This document shows, piece after piece, positions 12,953 through 21,261 of a stretch of DNA of 32,000 nucleotides. The notes under the pieces were generated by a model. That model ran no database searches, had not been told where the DNA came from, and worked only from the letters and a program-made list of their open reading frames with translations. A program made the translations under genes and the position numbers. Source of the DNA: Deinococcus radiodurans R1 = ATCC 13939 = DSM 20539 (GTDB taxonomy: Bacteria; Deinococcota; Deinococci; Deinococcales; Deinococcaceae). Location: assembly GCF_000008565.1 (NCBI RefSeq), contig NC_001263.1, positions 705,776 to 737,775 of the forward strand. Direction: 5' to 3'. The stretch's first letter is position 1. Every line of letters starts with the position of its first letter.

Positions 12953-13411
12953 ATGAACGCGCACCTCATCCCACTCGCTGAGAACGCGGGGGTTCCCAAC
13001 AATCCCCAGCTGCCGGCCCGCCGTTATCCCTCGGCGCTGAAGGGTCAGAGCGCCGCGCAGGTGCGGGACCACCTCAAGGCCCGCGACTGGTTCGGGAGCT
13101 GGACCGGGCAGATTTACAATTTCCATCACTACCATAGCCACGCCCACGAGGTCATCGTGGTGCTGCGGGGTCAGGCCGGGGTCATTCTGGGCGGCGCGGG
13201 CGGCCCCGAGCTGTCGGTGGGGGAGGGTGACGTGCTGCTGATTCCCGCTGGCGTGGGCCACTGCTCGCTACACCACAGCGCCGATTTTCAGATCATGGGG
13301 GCCTATGCGGCGGGGCGAAGCTGGGACATCTGCCGACCGGAGGACACCGACCTCGCCTGGGCCAGAGCGCGCATTGCCGAGGTGCCCGACTGGGTGCAGG
13401 AGCCGGTCTGA
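12953..13411 (+). CDS. Cupin-domain protein (YjlB-like)
   Basis: 152 aa. HHYHSHAHEVIVVLRGQAG...GDVLLIPAGVGH is a two-motif cupin signature. Confidence 0.75.
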   Translation: MNAHLIPLAENAGVPNNPQLPARRYPSALKGQSAAQVRDHLKARDWFGSWTGQIYNFHHYHSHAHEVIVVLRGQAGVILGGAGGPELSVGEGDVLLIPAGVGHCSLHHSADFQIMGAYAAGRSWDICRPEDTDLAWARARIAEVPDWVQEPV

Positions 13412-13431
13412 TAGCGGCCCAAACCCCGAAT

Positions 13432-14028
13432 TTGTTCGCTCGGTTCTTGGCCCAGCTCGACTTTGTGCTGACCTGTGACCGCCTGAAAACCGCCCTGCGG
13501 ACCACCCGGCTGCACGACGGTAGCCGTCTGGAAAACAGCGCAGAGCATTCCTGGCACCTCGCGCTGCTGGCGCTGACGCTGGCCGAATACGCGCCTACCG
13601 GAACCGACGTGGGCCGCGTCGTCCGCCTGCTGCTGATGCATGACCTGGTCGAAATCGGGGCGGGGGACCTGTCCTTCGACGCGCCCGCTGAGGCACAGGC
13701 TGCCCAGCAGGAGGCGGAGGCGCGGGCGGCTGCCGAGCTGTTCGGCTTGTTGCCCACTGACCAGGCCGCCGAATTTCTAGGCCTGTGGCAGGAGTTCGAG
13801 GCCCGCCAGACCACCGAAGTCCGTTTTGCCCGCGCCCTTGACGCCTTGCAGCCCATGCTGTTGACGTGGGGACCCGGTGCCCAGGGGTGCGCCGCCAGCC
13901 ACCCCGAACTCACGCACTTGCGGGTGCTGGGGCTCAAGGAAAAGCACCTGCGCGAGTTTCCCGAACTGTGGGCGGCAGCGCAGGGGGTAATGGCGCAGGC
14001 GCAGGCGAGAGGGGTGCTACAGCCGTAA
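13432..14028 (+). CDS. HD-domain hydrolase (YfbR-like 5'-nucleotidase family)
   Basis: 198 aa. LENSAEHSWHLALLA and LLLMHDLVEIGAGD (the H...HD...D metal ligands). The TTG start is uncertain. Confidence 0.75.
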   Translation: MFARFLAQLDFVLTCDRLKTALRTTRLHDGSRLENSAEHSWHLALLALTLAEYAPTGTDVGRVVRLLLMHDLVEIGAGDLSFDAPAEAQAAQQEAEARAAAELFGLLPTDQAAEFLGLWQEFEARQTTEVRFARALDALQPMLLTWGPGAQGCAASHPELTHLRVLGLKEKHLREFPELWAAAQGVMAQAQARGVLQP

Positions 14029-14029
14029 G

Positions 14030-14956
14030 TCAGGGCTGATTCAAAATCAACTTGTCGAGGCTCCGTTCGCCCACATAGGGAATGAGCCCCGCCGCCCGCG
14101 CCCGCTCCGCCGCGCTTTTCATCAGGGCGGGCTGGTTGGCGTACTCGATGGTGAAGACCGGTTTGCCCGCCTGCTGCCACAGCCGGTAACTGGCGAGTAG
14201 CTCGCGCTGCCGCGCGGCTTCGGTGGGCCGGTTGGCGGCATAGACGTAGGTTTCCTCGTTGCCGCTGGCGTCTACGCACGCCGCGTAGCCGGGGTCGCGG
14301 ATGAGTTCGGCAGCGTTCTGGGGAATGATGACGAACTGGGGATTTTGCGCGCGGGCGTGCGCGGCGATTTTGCACACCCACGCCACCATCTCGGCGCGGG
14401 CGCCAGGCCGGTTGTCATGGCGCTGGTAGGCGTCAATGAGGTCCATGTACACGCCGTCGAAGCCCTGCGCGATCACCCGGTCGAGCTGCGCCAGGGCAAT
14501 GGCTTGCCACGCGGGGTCCCAGTACGCCACGTCGAAGTTGCCGGGCCAGTCGGGGTCTTCGTTCAGCAGCCAGGCCGGCGCACCGACTTTCCAGCCCTTC
14601 TGCCAGTAGGAGCGGTAACTCTCGGCGGCGCCCATGCTGAGATAAGCGATGAGCCAGCGGCCCTGTGCGGCGGCCCGGACCTCGGCGGCGGGCCAGGGGG
14701 TGCCGTCGTCGTCGAAGGGGTCCACCACCACCAGCTCGAAGGGCGAGGTGTGAACTGCGTTCAGCCGCGTCTGCCCGTAGCCGGTGAGCTGCACCCCCCA
14801 GTGCTGAACGGCACTCAGCGCAGGTTTTTTGGAGGGCGGAGTCATGGGGACGGTGACTGGCGGAGGAGTCTGAGCGGGACCGGCGCCGCTGGCCTGGGGC
14901 TCGGACGGGCCAGCGCAGGCGGAGAGGAGCAGCAAAGAGCAGAGCAAGGGTTTCAT
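14030..14956 (-). CDS. Secreted lipoprotein, GH114 / TM1410-family TIM-barrel hydrolase (endo-alpha-1,4-polygalactosaminidase-like)
   Basis: 308 aa. Lipobox LLSAC. The blocks WGVQLTGYG, ELVVVDPFDDDG, WLIAYLSMGAAESYRSYW, DWPGNFDVAYWDPAWQ and GFDGVYMDLIDAY match my memory of the Glyco_hydro_114 / TM1410 consensus. SD ggaggaa. ATGA overlap with the upstream gene. Confidence 0.78.
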   Translation of the reverse strand: MKPLLCSLLLLSACAGPSEPQASGAGPAQTPPPVTVPMTPPSKKPALSAVQHWGVQLTGYGQTRLNAVHTSPFELVVVDPFDDDGTPWPAAEVRAAAQGRWLIAYLSMGAAESYRSYWQKGWKVGAPAWLLNEDPDWPGNFDVAYWDPAWQAIALAQLDRVIAQGFDGVYMDLIDAYQRHDNRPGARAEMVAWVCKIAAHARAQNPQFVIIPQNAAELIRDPGYAACVDASGNEETYVYAANRPTEAARQRELLASYRLWQQAGKPVFTIEYANQPALMKSAAERARAAGLIPYVGERSLDKLILNQP

Positions 14957-15711
14957 AGTTCCTCCAGGGCGGGCCAGCCGCCGGGCCGTGAGAGGGCGCG
15001 GTCACTGACGAAAGTAGGCAGGTTCAGCGCCGCTGCACGTGCCCTCGCGGCTGCCGCCAGTTCGGGCCGGTCGGCGTAGTCGAGCGCGTGTACGGCGAGT
15101 CCGCTGCGGCGCACCTCAGTCAGCCAGGCAGCGGTGTAGGCCAGCCCCGCCACGTCGTGCAGCGCGTAGGGCGTGTGGTGGGTGCTGAAGGCCTCAAACA
15201 ACACGCCGCTGTCGGGGGCGCTGCGCAGCAATTCCGGCAGCGCCGGCCACAGCGTAAAGCCCCGGTTGGCCCACAGCGCCGCCTGGGGAAACACCGCGCG
15301 CAGGTGCCGCAGCAGGGCGAGGGTCGCCGCCGGGTCCGCACTTTCCAGCGTGTCGAGGAGCAGGCCGTCGGTGTGTTCGAGCGCCTGCTCCGCCCGCGTC
15401 AGCAGGGTCGAGTGCCACAGCGGGTGCGCGGCGTCCACCACCACGCTCGGCCACGCGGCGTTGGGTTGCTGGTGGTAGGCGGCGCTGCCGGGGCGGCATT
15501 CCCAGTCTCCCAGCGGGTGGTCCTCGCCCACGCTGAGGTAAGCGAGAACGTGGGTGCTGCCGCCCCGCAGCGCCGCGAGTTGCTCAGGCGTATAAAGCGG
15601 CGCTTGCACGACCACCCGTGGAAAGGCCGCCAGCGTTGCCAGAGCCGGTGCGGTGGCTGGGCCGTAGTACACGGCGAGCTGCGGAGCGGGGGGCTCAGTG
15701 GGCGCTGACAT
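14953..15711 (-). CDS. Divergent GH114/PelA-hydrolase-like TIM-barrel protein with no obvious signal peptide
   Basis: 252 aa. LAVYYG, PRVVVQAP, HVLAYLSVGEDH and GLLLDTLES resemble the strand-end motifs of the neighbouring GH114-like protein. The start overlaps the upstream stop by 17 nt. No SD is seen. Confidence 0.6.
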   Translation of the reverse strand: MSAPTEPPAPQLAVYYGPATAPALATLAAFPRVVVQAPLYTPEQLAALRGGSTHVLAYLSVGEDHPLGDWECRPGSAAYHQQPNAAWPSVVVDAAHPLWHSTLLTRAEQALEHTDGLLLDTLESADPAATLALLRHLRAVFPQAALWANRGFTLWPALPELLRSAPDSGVLFEAFSTHHTPYALHDVAGLAYTAAWLTEVRRSGLAVHALDYADRPELAAAARARAAALNLPTFVSDRALSRPGGWPALEEL

Positions 15712-17851
15712 TCACAATGAGGGTGCCGCTCACGTCGCCGCTTTGCAGCCGCAGGGCGCCGTAGGGCTCGCCCGCCACGCCGCCAGTCAGCAGGTAGGGG
15801 AGCGGAGCCGCACTGGTGAGGGTCACCGTGCCCGCCGTGCGGTCATAGACGCCGCTCAGGTCGCCCCGGTCCTGAGCATGAATGGTGCGGGTGCGGCGTT
15901 CGAGGTAGGTGCCGAGGTCGTCCCAGCTCAGCGTGGTGAGTGGCAGGGTCGAGAAGGTGGAGTAGCGCCGCAGCAGCGCCCGCACCCAGTCGCTCGCCAC
16001 GCTTTTGCCGGGGGCGTACTCGCGCAGATTGGCCTGGTGCATGTAGTGGGGAAAGGCACCGCCGTCAAGCAGATGGTTCAGGGCAAAGCCGCTTTCCTGG
16101 TCGAGCAGCTCGGCGTAGCTCAGGTTGTGGTCCCAGTAAGGCGCCGTGCCCTGGGGGCCGTAGACACTGTTGTAGTACCCCGTCACCTCGTCGGGCGTGG
16201 TCGAGAAATAGGCGACGCCGTTGGGCCAGCGCGGCACCAGAAAGACATTTGGGTTGAGCGGGTGCGGCACGCCGCAGGTCGGGCAACCGGGGTCCCACTG
16301 GCTGTGCACGCTGTGGTCGGAGGCGATAAAGCGCACATTAGTCTTGTTCATCGCCGTCAGCAGGTTGACGTTGCTGCGCTCCAGGCCGAGGTCCTGCTTG
16401 GGCTGCTGGTACAGGCCGTTGTTGTGCGCGCCGTCGTCGGTCGGGTCCATGTAGCCCAGGCCCGATTGTTCGCCGGTCACCAGGGCCGCGCGGCTGAGCT
16501 TGAGGCCGAGTTGTGCCCCGACCCACAGGTTGTCCTGAAGTTGCGCGGTCGCCGTTGCCTCGTCCATCACGTCCATGCGGAGGTGGTCGTGGGTGTGGTT
16601 CACCCAGTCGAAGGTGTCGCCCAGACACTTGCTCGCACTGCTCAGCGCATCGGGGCTGAGCGCCAGCGACTCGCGGGTACACAGCAAGGGCGCGTTCGGC
16701 GTGGCGCCCAGCCCGTTGTAGGCCAGCGCGTAGCGGAAGGTGCGCGCCGCCGGAAACTCGGTTTCGATGGCCTGTTGCTGCTCCCGCAACGAGAGCGCGT
16801 CGCTGCCGCTGATGCGGAAAGGGTCTGAATAGAAACCGCCCGTCGCCGCGTCGTAGTGCGTGCCGGGCAAAAACCAGTCGTCGATGTCGATTTGCAGGAA
16901 CCGGCGGTGCTCGCCGAGGTGCACGCCGCGGGTCAGCCATTCCAGCAGACCGGAGCCGAGGAGCTGGGTGTGCGGCAGCGTGGGCGCCTGCATGGTGGTC
17001 AGCAGCAGCCGCTCGCGACCGTCGCTGGTGGTCGAGGTGGCGGCAAGCACCCGGCCCTGGGGGTCGGTGAGCAGCGGCGTGGTGCTCGCCACTCCGGGCA
17101 CCGGCACCACGGCGGCGGGGTAGGTGTAGGCGTAGAGCACCTGCATGGCCTGCGCGGTCAGGTCGAGCAGCGTGCGCTGGCCTTCCGGGGTCGCCTGCGC
17201 GGTGGTGAGCGTCGTAGCCGCGCCGTCCACCGCCCGCAGGCCGTAGTCCTCGGGCACCGCGCCCGGCCAGCCGAACAGCGCGAGTTGCCGGACCCGGTAG
17301 GCCCGCTCGTACTCGAACAGCGTTTGCCATTCGGTGCTGTCGAGCGCGCTGGGCAGCGGCCCCGGCTCACTGCTGGGCATCAGCAGGGCGCTGCTGGTGA
17401 GAATGACGCCTTGGTAGCGGCCCACACCGTCGCCGCGCACCAGCGTGTCCATCGTCAGTGGCTGGGCGCTCGCGTCGAGCACGTCGTAGGGAATGGCCGA
17501 CTCCTGCACCATGCTCAGGGCGCTGCTCAGGCCGAAGTCGCCCGCCCCGCTGCCGATGACGAGCACCCGCAGCGCCACCCGGTTCGTCTGGGCATTCGCG
17601 GGGAGGGCCTGCGCGTGCAAACTGGGCCCGCGCGGCACGTAGCCTTCATGGAGGCGGCGAGCGGCGTCCTGGGCCTCGGGCGAGGGCGCTTGCGGGGTAT
17701 TCAGGGGAGCTGCCGGGGCCGCGTGGTCAGGGGCCGTGGCTAGCGTCGTTTCCGGCAGAGCGGCGCCCGGCGTCACCGGCTCGCTTTGCCCGCAGGCGGC
17801 GAGCAGCAGGGTCACCGACACCAGGGCCGGCAAAGTGGGGAGACGTTTCAT
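15695..17851 (-). CDS. Large lipoprotein, putative polysaccharide deacetylase (Agd3/CE18-like), paralogue 2
   Basis: 718 aa. Lipobox LLAAC20. CE4-type motifs IDIDDWF (D322-D325), NHTHDH (H419..H423 as H-T-x-x-H) and LVPRWPNG. SD ggagga. Collinear with the 730-aa paralogue upstream. Confidence 0.7.
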   Translation of the reverse strand: MKRLPTLPALVSVTLLLAACGQSEPVTPGAALPETTLATAPDHAAPAAPLNTPQAPSPEAQDAARRLHEGYVPRGPSLHAQALPANAQTNRVALRVLVIGSGAGDFGLSSALSMVQESAIPYDVLDASAQPLTMDTLVRGDGVGRYQGVILTSSALLMPSSEPGPLPSALDSTEWQTLFEYERAYRVRQLALFGWPGAVPEDYGLRAVDGAATTLTTAQATPEGQRTLLDLTAQAMQVLYAYTYPAAVVPVPGVASTTPLLTDPQGRVLAATSTTSDGRERLLLTTMQAPTLPHTQLLGSGLLEWLTRGVHLGEHRRFLQIDIDDWFLPGTHYDAATGGFYSDPFRISGSDALSLREQQQAIETEFPAARTFRYALAYNGLGATPNAPLLCTRESLALSPDALSSASKCLGDTFDWVNHTHDHLRMDVMDEATATAQLQDNLWVGAQLGLKLSRAALVTGEQSGLGYMDPTDDGAHNNGLYQQPKQDLGLERSNVNLLTAMNKTNVRFIASDHSVHSQWDPGCPTCGVPHPLNPNVFLVPRWPNGVAYFSTTPDEVTGYYNSVYGPQGTAPYWDHNLSYAELLDQESGFALNHLLDGGAFPHYMHQANLREYAPGKSVASDWVRALLRRYSTFSTLPLTTLSWDDLGTYLERRTRTIHAQDRGDLSGVYDRTAGTVTLTSAAPLPYLLTGGVAGEPYGALRLQSGDVSGTLIVNVSAH

Positions 17852-17945
17852 GAGGGAGTCCTCCGGCCAGACAGCATTCCCAGCCTGTCACCGGCCATAT
17901 GTGCAGCGGCTTTCTTTCTGACGCTGCTTTGAGCGCCCTTGGCTG

Positions 17946-17979
17946 TATGACTCAAGACAAAATATGACTCACGACAAAA
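17946..17979. repeat. 17-nt tandem direct repeat (x2) upstream of paralogue 2
   Basis: tatgactcaagacaaaa (17946-17962) and tatgactcacgacaaaa (17963-17979) differ at one position. Each copy contains the palindromic heptamer TGACTCA. Confidence 0.8.
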
Positions 17980-18013
17980 CCCGCTCCTGGCAGAGAAGCC
18001 AGAAAAGCGGGTT
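17972..18013 (-). terminator. Intrinsic terminator between the two deacetylase paralogues
   Basis: Minus strand: AACCCGC-tttt-CTGGC ttctct GCCAG-ga-GCGGGTT, followed by TTGTCGT. It begins about 25 nt after the 730-aa gene's stop. Confidence 0.6.
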
Positions 18014-18037
18014 GCCGGGCGGCTCAGGCCACTGGCC

Positions 18038-20230
18038 TCAGCGCGGGGTGACGGCGAGGGTGGCCGCACCACTGACGGTGCCTTGCTGGCTGCGGGCCGT
18101 GCCATACAGTTCGCCGCTCGCACTGCCGGTCAGCGTGTAGGGCACAGACGCGGTGCTTTGCAGGGTCACGCTGCCGGCGGCGCGGTCATAGACGCCGCTC
18201 AGGTCGCCGGACGCTTTGGCCTTTTCCTCGCGGGTGCGGCGCTCGAGGTAGGCGCCGAGGTCGTCCCAGCGCAGGGTGTTGAGCGGCAAGGTGCTGTACT
18301 GGGCGTATTTGGTCAGCAGCGCCTGAACCCAGTCGGTCGCCAGGCTCTTGCCCCAGCCGTACTCGCGCAGGTTGGGCTGGTGCATATAGTGCGGGAACGC
18401 GGCGCCGTCGAGCACCTGACTCAGCGCCATGTCGCTCTCGTTGTTCAGGAACTCATTGTAGCTCAGGTTGTGATCCCAGTACGGAAAGCGTCCCTGCGGC
18501 CCGTAGACGCTGTTGTAGTACCCCGTCGCCTCGGCGGGCGTGGTGACGTGGTAGGCGACGCCGTTGGGCCAGCGTGGCACCAGGAAAATGCCGGGGTTGA
18601 GCGGGTGCAACACGCCGCAGGTGGGGCAGCTGTCGTCGCGCTGGCTGGCGACGCTGTGGTCGGACGCCAGGTAACGAATCCCGTTTTGCACGGCGGCGCC
18701 GAGCAGGTTTGGGTTGCTGCGTTCTAGACCCAGGTCCTGCTTGGGGTGTTGGTAAACGCCGTCGTTGTGAGTGCCGTCGTCAGTCGGGTCCATGAAGCCC
18801 AGACCCGAGTGTTCGCCGGTCACCAGCGACTGGCGGCTGATGGTCAGGCCCAGACGCGTCCCGATGGCGAAGTTGTCGGCGAGCTGGGCGTCGGCGGTGG
18901 CAAAGTCCGTCACGTCCATGCGCTGGTGGTCACGGGTGTGGTTCACCCAGTCGAAGGTGTTGCCCAGGCACTTGCTCGCGCTGCTCAGCGAATCCTTGGC
19001 GACGCCCGTGAACAGCGTGGTGCACAACGTCGCCACGTCGGTTCGCGCCCCGCCGCCGTTGAAAGCCATCGCGTAGCGGAAGTTGCGCGCTAGCGGGTAG
19101 TCGCTGCGAATGCGGCTCTGCTGGTCGCGCACCGCGAGCGCGTCGTTGCCGCTGATGCGGAAGGCTTTGTCGTACAGCCCCCCGGTGCTGGCGTTGTAGT
19201 GGTCGCCGGCCAGGAACCAGTCGTCGATGTCCACCTGCAGGAACCGGCGGTGCTCACCGAGGTGCACGCCGCGCGTCAGCCAGTTCACCAGCCCGTAGCT
19301 GAGCAGTTGCGTGTGCAGCAGCGCGGGGTTTTGCGCCGTGGTGAGCAGCAGCCGCTCGCGTCCGTCGGCACTCGTCGAGGTGGCGGCGAGCACGCGGCCC
19401 TGAGCGTCGGTCATCAGCGGGGTGGTGGTCACGCCGGGCACGCTGGCGACGGTGGCCGGGTAGGAGTAGGCGTAACGCACCGGGATGTTGGCGGTGGTCA
19501 GGTCGCTCAGGACACTGCGGCCCGCAGCGGTGGGGGTCATGCTGGTGGTCGAGGTTTCGGCCCCCGCCACCGCCCGCAGGCCGTAGTCCTCGGGCACGGC
19601 GCCGGGATAGCCGTAGAGCGCGAGCTGGCGCACGCCGTAGGCCTTCTCGTACTCGAACAGGGTCTGCCACTCGCTGCTGTCGAGCGCACTCGGCATCAGG
19701 CCGCTGCTGTCGGGTGGCAGGAGCAGGGCGTTGCTGGTCAAGATGACGCCCTGGTAGCGGCCCACGCCGTCGGGGCCGATCAGGGCGTCGGGCGTCAGCG
19801 GCTGGCTGCTGGCGTCGAGCACGTCGAAGGGCACGCCCGATTCGCCGAGCATGTTGCGGGCTTCGGCCAGGCCGTAATCGCCCGCGCCGCTCGACAGAAT
19901 CAGAACCTTGAGCGCGACCTTGTTCGTCTGCACCCCAGCGGGCAGCGCCTGCGCCGAGAGCGAGCGGCCCTGCGGCACGTACGCCGCTCCCAGGCGGGCA
20001 CGGGCGGCGGACGTGTCATTGTTCTGGGCGCGCAGCAGCGGCGACTGCCGGGGGTCGGGCAGGGTGCCCGTCTCGGTCGCCGCACGCGGGGCGGTCACTT
20101 CGTCCACCACGGTGGGGGGAACACTGGCGTTCGTCGCGTCGGGGGTCGTCCGGTCCTGACCACAGCCGGTCAGAGTAAGGGTGAGCGTCAGGGCACAGAG
20201 GGCGGCGGCAGAGGCGCGGAGGTGTTTCAT
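18038..20230 (-). CDS. Large lipoprotein, putative polysaccharide deacetylase (Agd3/CE18-like), paralogue 1
   Basis: 730 aa. Lipobox LTGC23. VDIDDWF (D334-D337), NHTRDH (H431..H435) and LVPRWPNG. SD gggag. Long blocks are shared with the 718-aa paralogue. Confidence 0.7.
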   Translation of the reverse strand: MKHLRASAAALCALTLTLTLTGCGQDRTTPDATNASVPPTVVDEVTAPRAATETGTLPDPRQSPLLRAQNNDTSAARARLGAAYVPQGRSLSAQALPAGVQTNKVALKVLILSSGAGDYGLAEARNMLGESGVPFDVLDASSQPLTPDALIGPDGVGRYQGVILTSNALLLPPDSSGLMPSALDSSEWQTLFEYEKAYGVRQLALYGYPGAVPEDYGLRAVAGAETSTTSMTPTAAGRSVLSDLTTANIPVRYAYSYPATVASVPGVTTTPLMTDAQGRVLAATSTSADGRERLLLTTAQNPALLHTQLLSYGLVNWLTRGVHLGEHRRFLQVDIDDWFLAGDHYNASTGGLYDKAFRISGNDALAVRDQQSRIRSDYPLARNFRYAMAFNGGGARTDVATLCTTLFTGVAKDSLSSASKCLGNTFDWVNHTRDHQRMDVTDFATADAQLADNFAIGTRLGLTISRQSLVTGEHSGLGFMDPTDDGTHNDGVYQHPKQDLGLERSNPNLLGAAVQNGIRYLASDHSVASQRDDSCPTCGVLHPLNPGIFLVPRWPNGVAYHVTTPAEATGYYNSVYGPQGRFPYWDHNLSYNEFLNNESDMALSQVLDGAAFPHYMHQPNLREYGWGKSLATDWVQALLTKYAQYSTLPLNTLRWDDLGAYLERRTREEKAKASGDLSGVYDRAAGSVTLQSTASVPYTLTGSASGELYGTARSQQGTVSGAATLAVTPR

Positions 20231-20346
20231 CAGGTCTCCCGATTGGACTTCACCCGCCGGCGCTGCGTGCGCGGGCCGCTGGGCGAAAAACTTGAGTGTC
20301 GACTGAGTGTTTTCTTGTCCACGGACTGGACAACGGTGTGAAAAAC

Positions 20347-21261
20347 TTAACTCCCACCAGAATACAACTCGGTCAACGCTGCCGCCAGGTCTTCGCCGGG
20401 GGTGTACCCACTCGCCTTAAGGGCCGTTAAATCTGCCCGCTGGTACGGCACGTCGCCGCTGCGGGGGCTGCCGGGGGCGTCTTCGAGCAGGTCGCCGCCG
20501 TAGCCGGCAATCCGCGCCAGTTCGGTCACGAGGTCGCGCACCGGGCGGGCCACGCCGCTGCCGAGGTTGAGCACGCCCCGCGCCTCCTCGCCCGGCTGTC
20601 CGTGGAGAAAGTGGAGCACCGCCCGCCCCACGTCCCGCGCCGCGATGAAGTCCCGGAAAGCGCCCAGCGGTCCGAAGCGCACGCTGGGGAGGCCCTGCTC
20701 GGCTGCTGCCCGCAGCTCCCGCGCCGCCCGGCCCGGCAGCGAGCCGGGGTTCATGCCTGCGCCCACCGGGTTGGTCAGCCGCAGCGCCAGCGCGTCGGCG
20801 CGGCCCGTCCGCACGGCTTCCTCCAGCAGCACCGTCCCTGCCAGCTTGCTCGCCCCGTAAGGCGAAAGCGGCTGCGCAGGGCCGTCCTCGCGGCTCGCCT
20901 CGCCCTCTGGGGTGCGCCCGTACTCGGCGGCGGAGGCGAGGTGGATGAGACGCAAGTCCGCCGCCTGCACCGCTTCGAGCACCCCGGCGAGCAACAGCAC
21001 GTTGGCGCGGGTGAGGTCGCTCAGGCTGCCAGCGGTGCGTCCGGCGGCGTTGATGACCGCGCTTGCGCCGTCAAGCTGGGCGGCCCAGTCTGCGGGCGTC
21101 AGCGCGGTGAGGTCGCCCGTCGTGGTCCGCACGTCCACCCCGGCGTCCCGCAGCTCACGGGCAATCACGCCGCCCAGAAACCCGCCCGCGCCGAGCAGGA
21201 GGACGCGGCCCGGCTGGGGTGGGGTTACGGAATTGGGGGTCACAGTTGCGGGGCCTATCAC
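20347..21261 (-). CDS. NAD-dependent sugar epimerase/dehydratase (extended SDR)
   Basis: 304 aa. Rossmann GAGGFLGG and catalytic PYGASK (YxxxK). GTG start in a GTGA overlap with the upstream nucleotidyltransferase stop. Confidence 0.8.
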   Translation of the reverse strand: MIGPATVTPNSVTPPQPGRVLLLGAGGFLGGVIARELRDAGVDVRTTTGDLTALTPADWAAQLDGASAVINAAGRTAGSLSDLTRANVLLLAGVLEAVQAADLRLIHLASAAEYGRTPEGEASREDGPAQPLSPYGASKLAGTVLLEEAVRTGRADALALRLTNPVGAGMNPGSLPGRAARELRAAAEQGLPSVRFGPLGAFRDFIAARDVGRAVLHFLHGQPGEEARGVLNLGSGVARPVRDLVTELARIAGYGGDLLEDAPGSPRSGDVPYQRADLTALKASGYTPGEDLAAALTELYSGGS

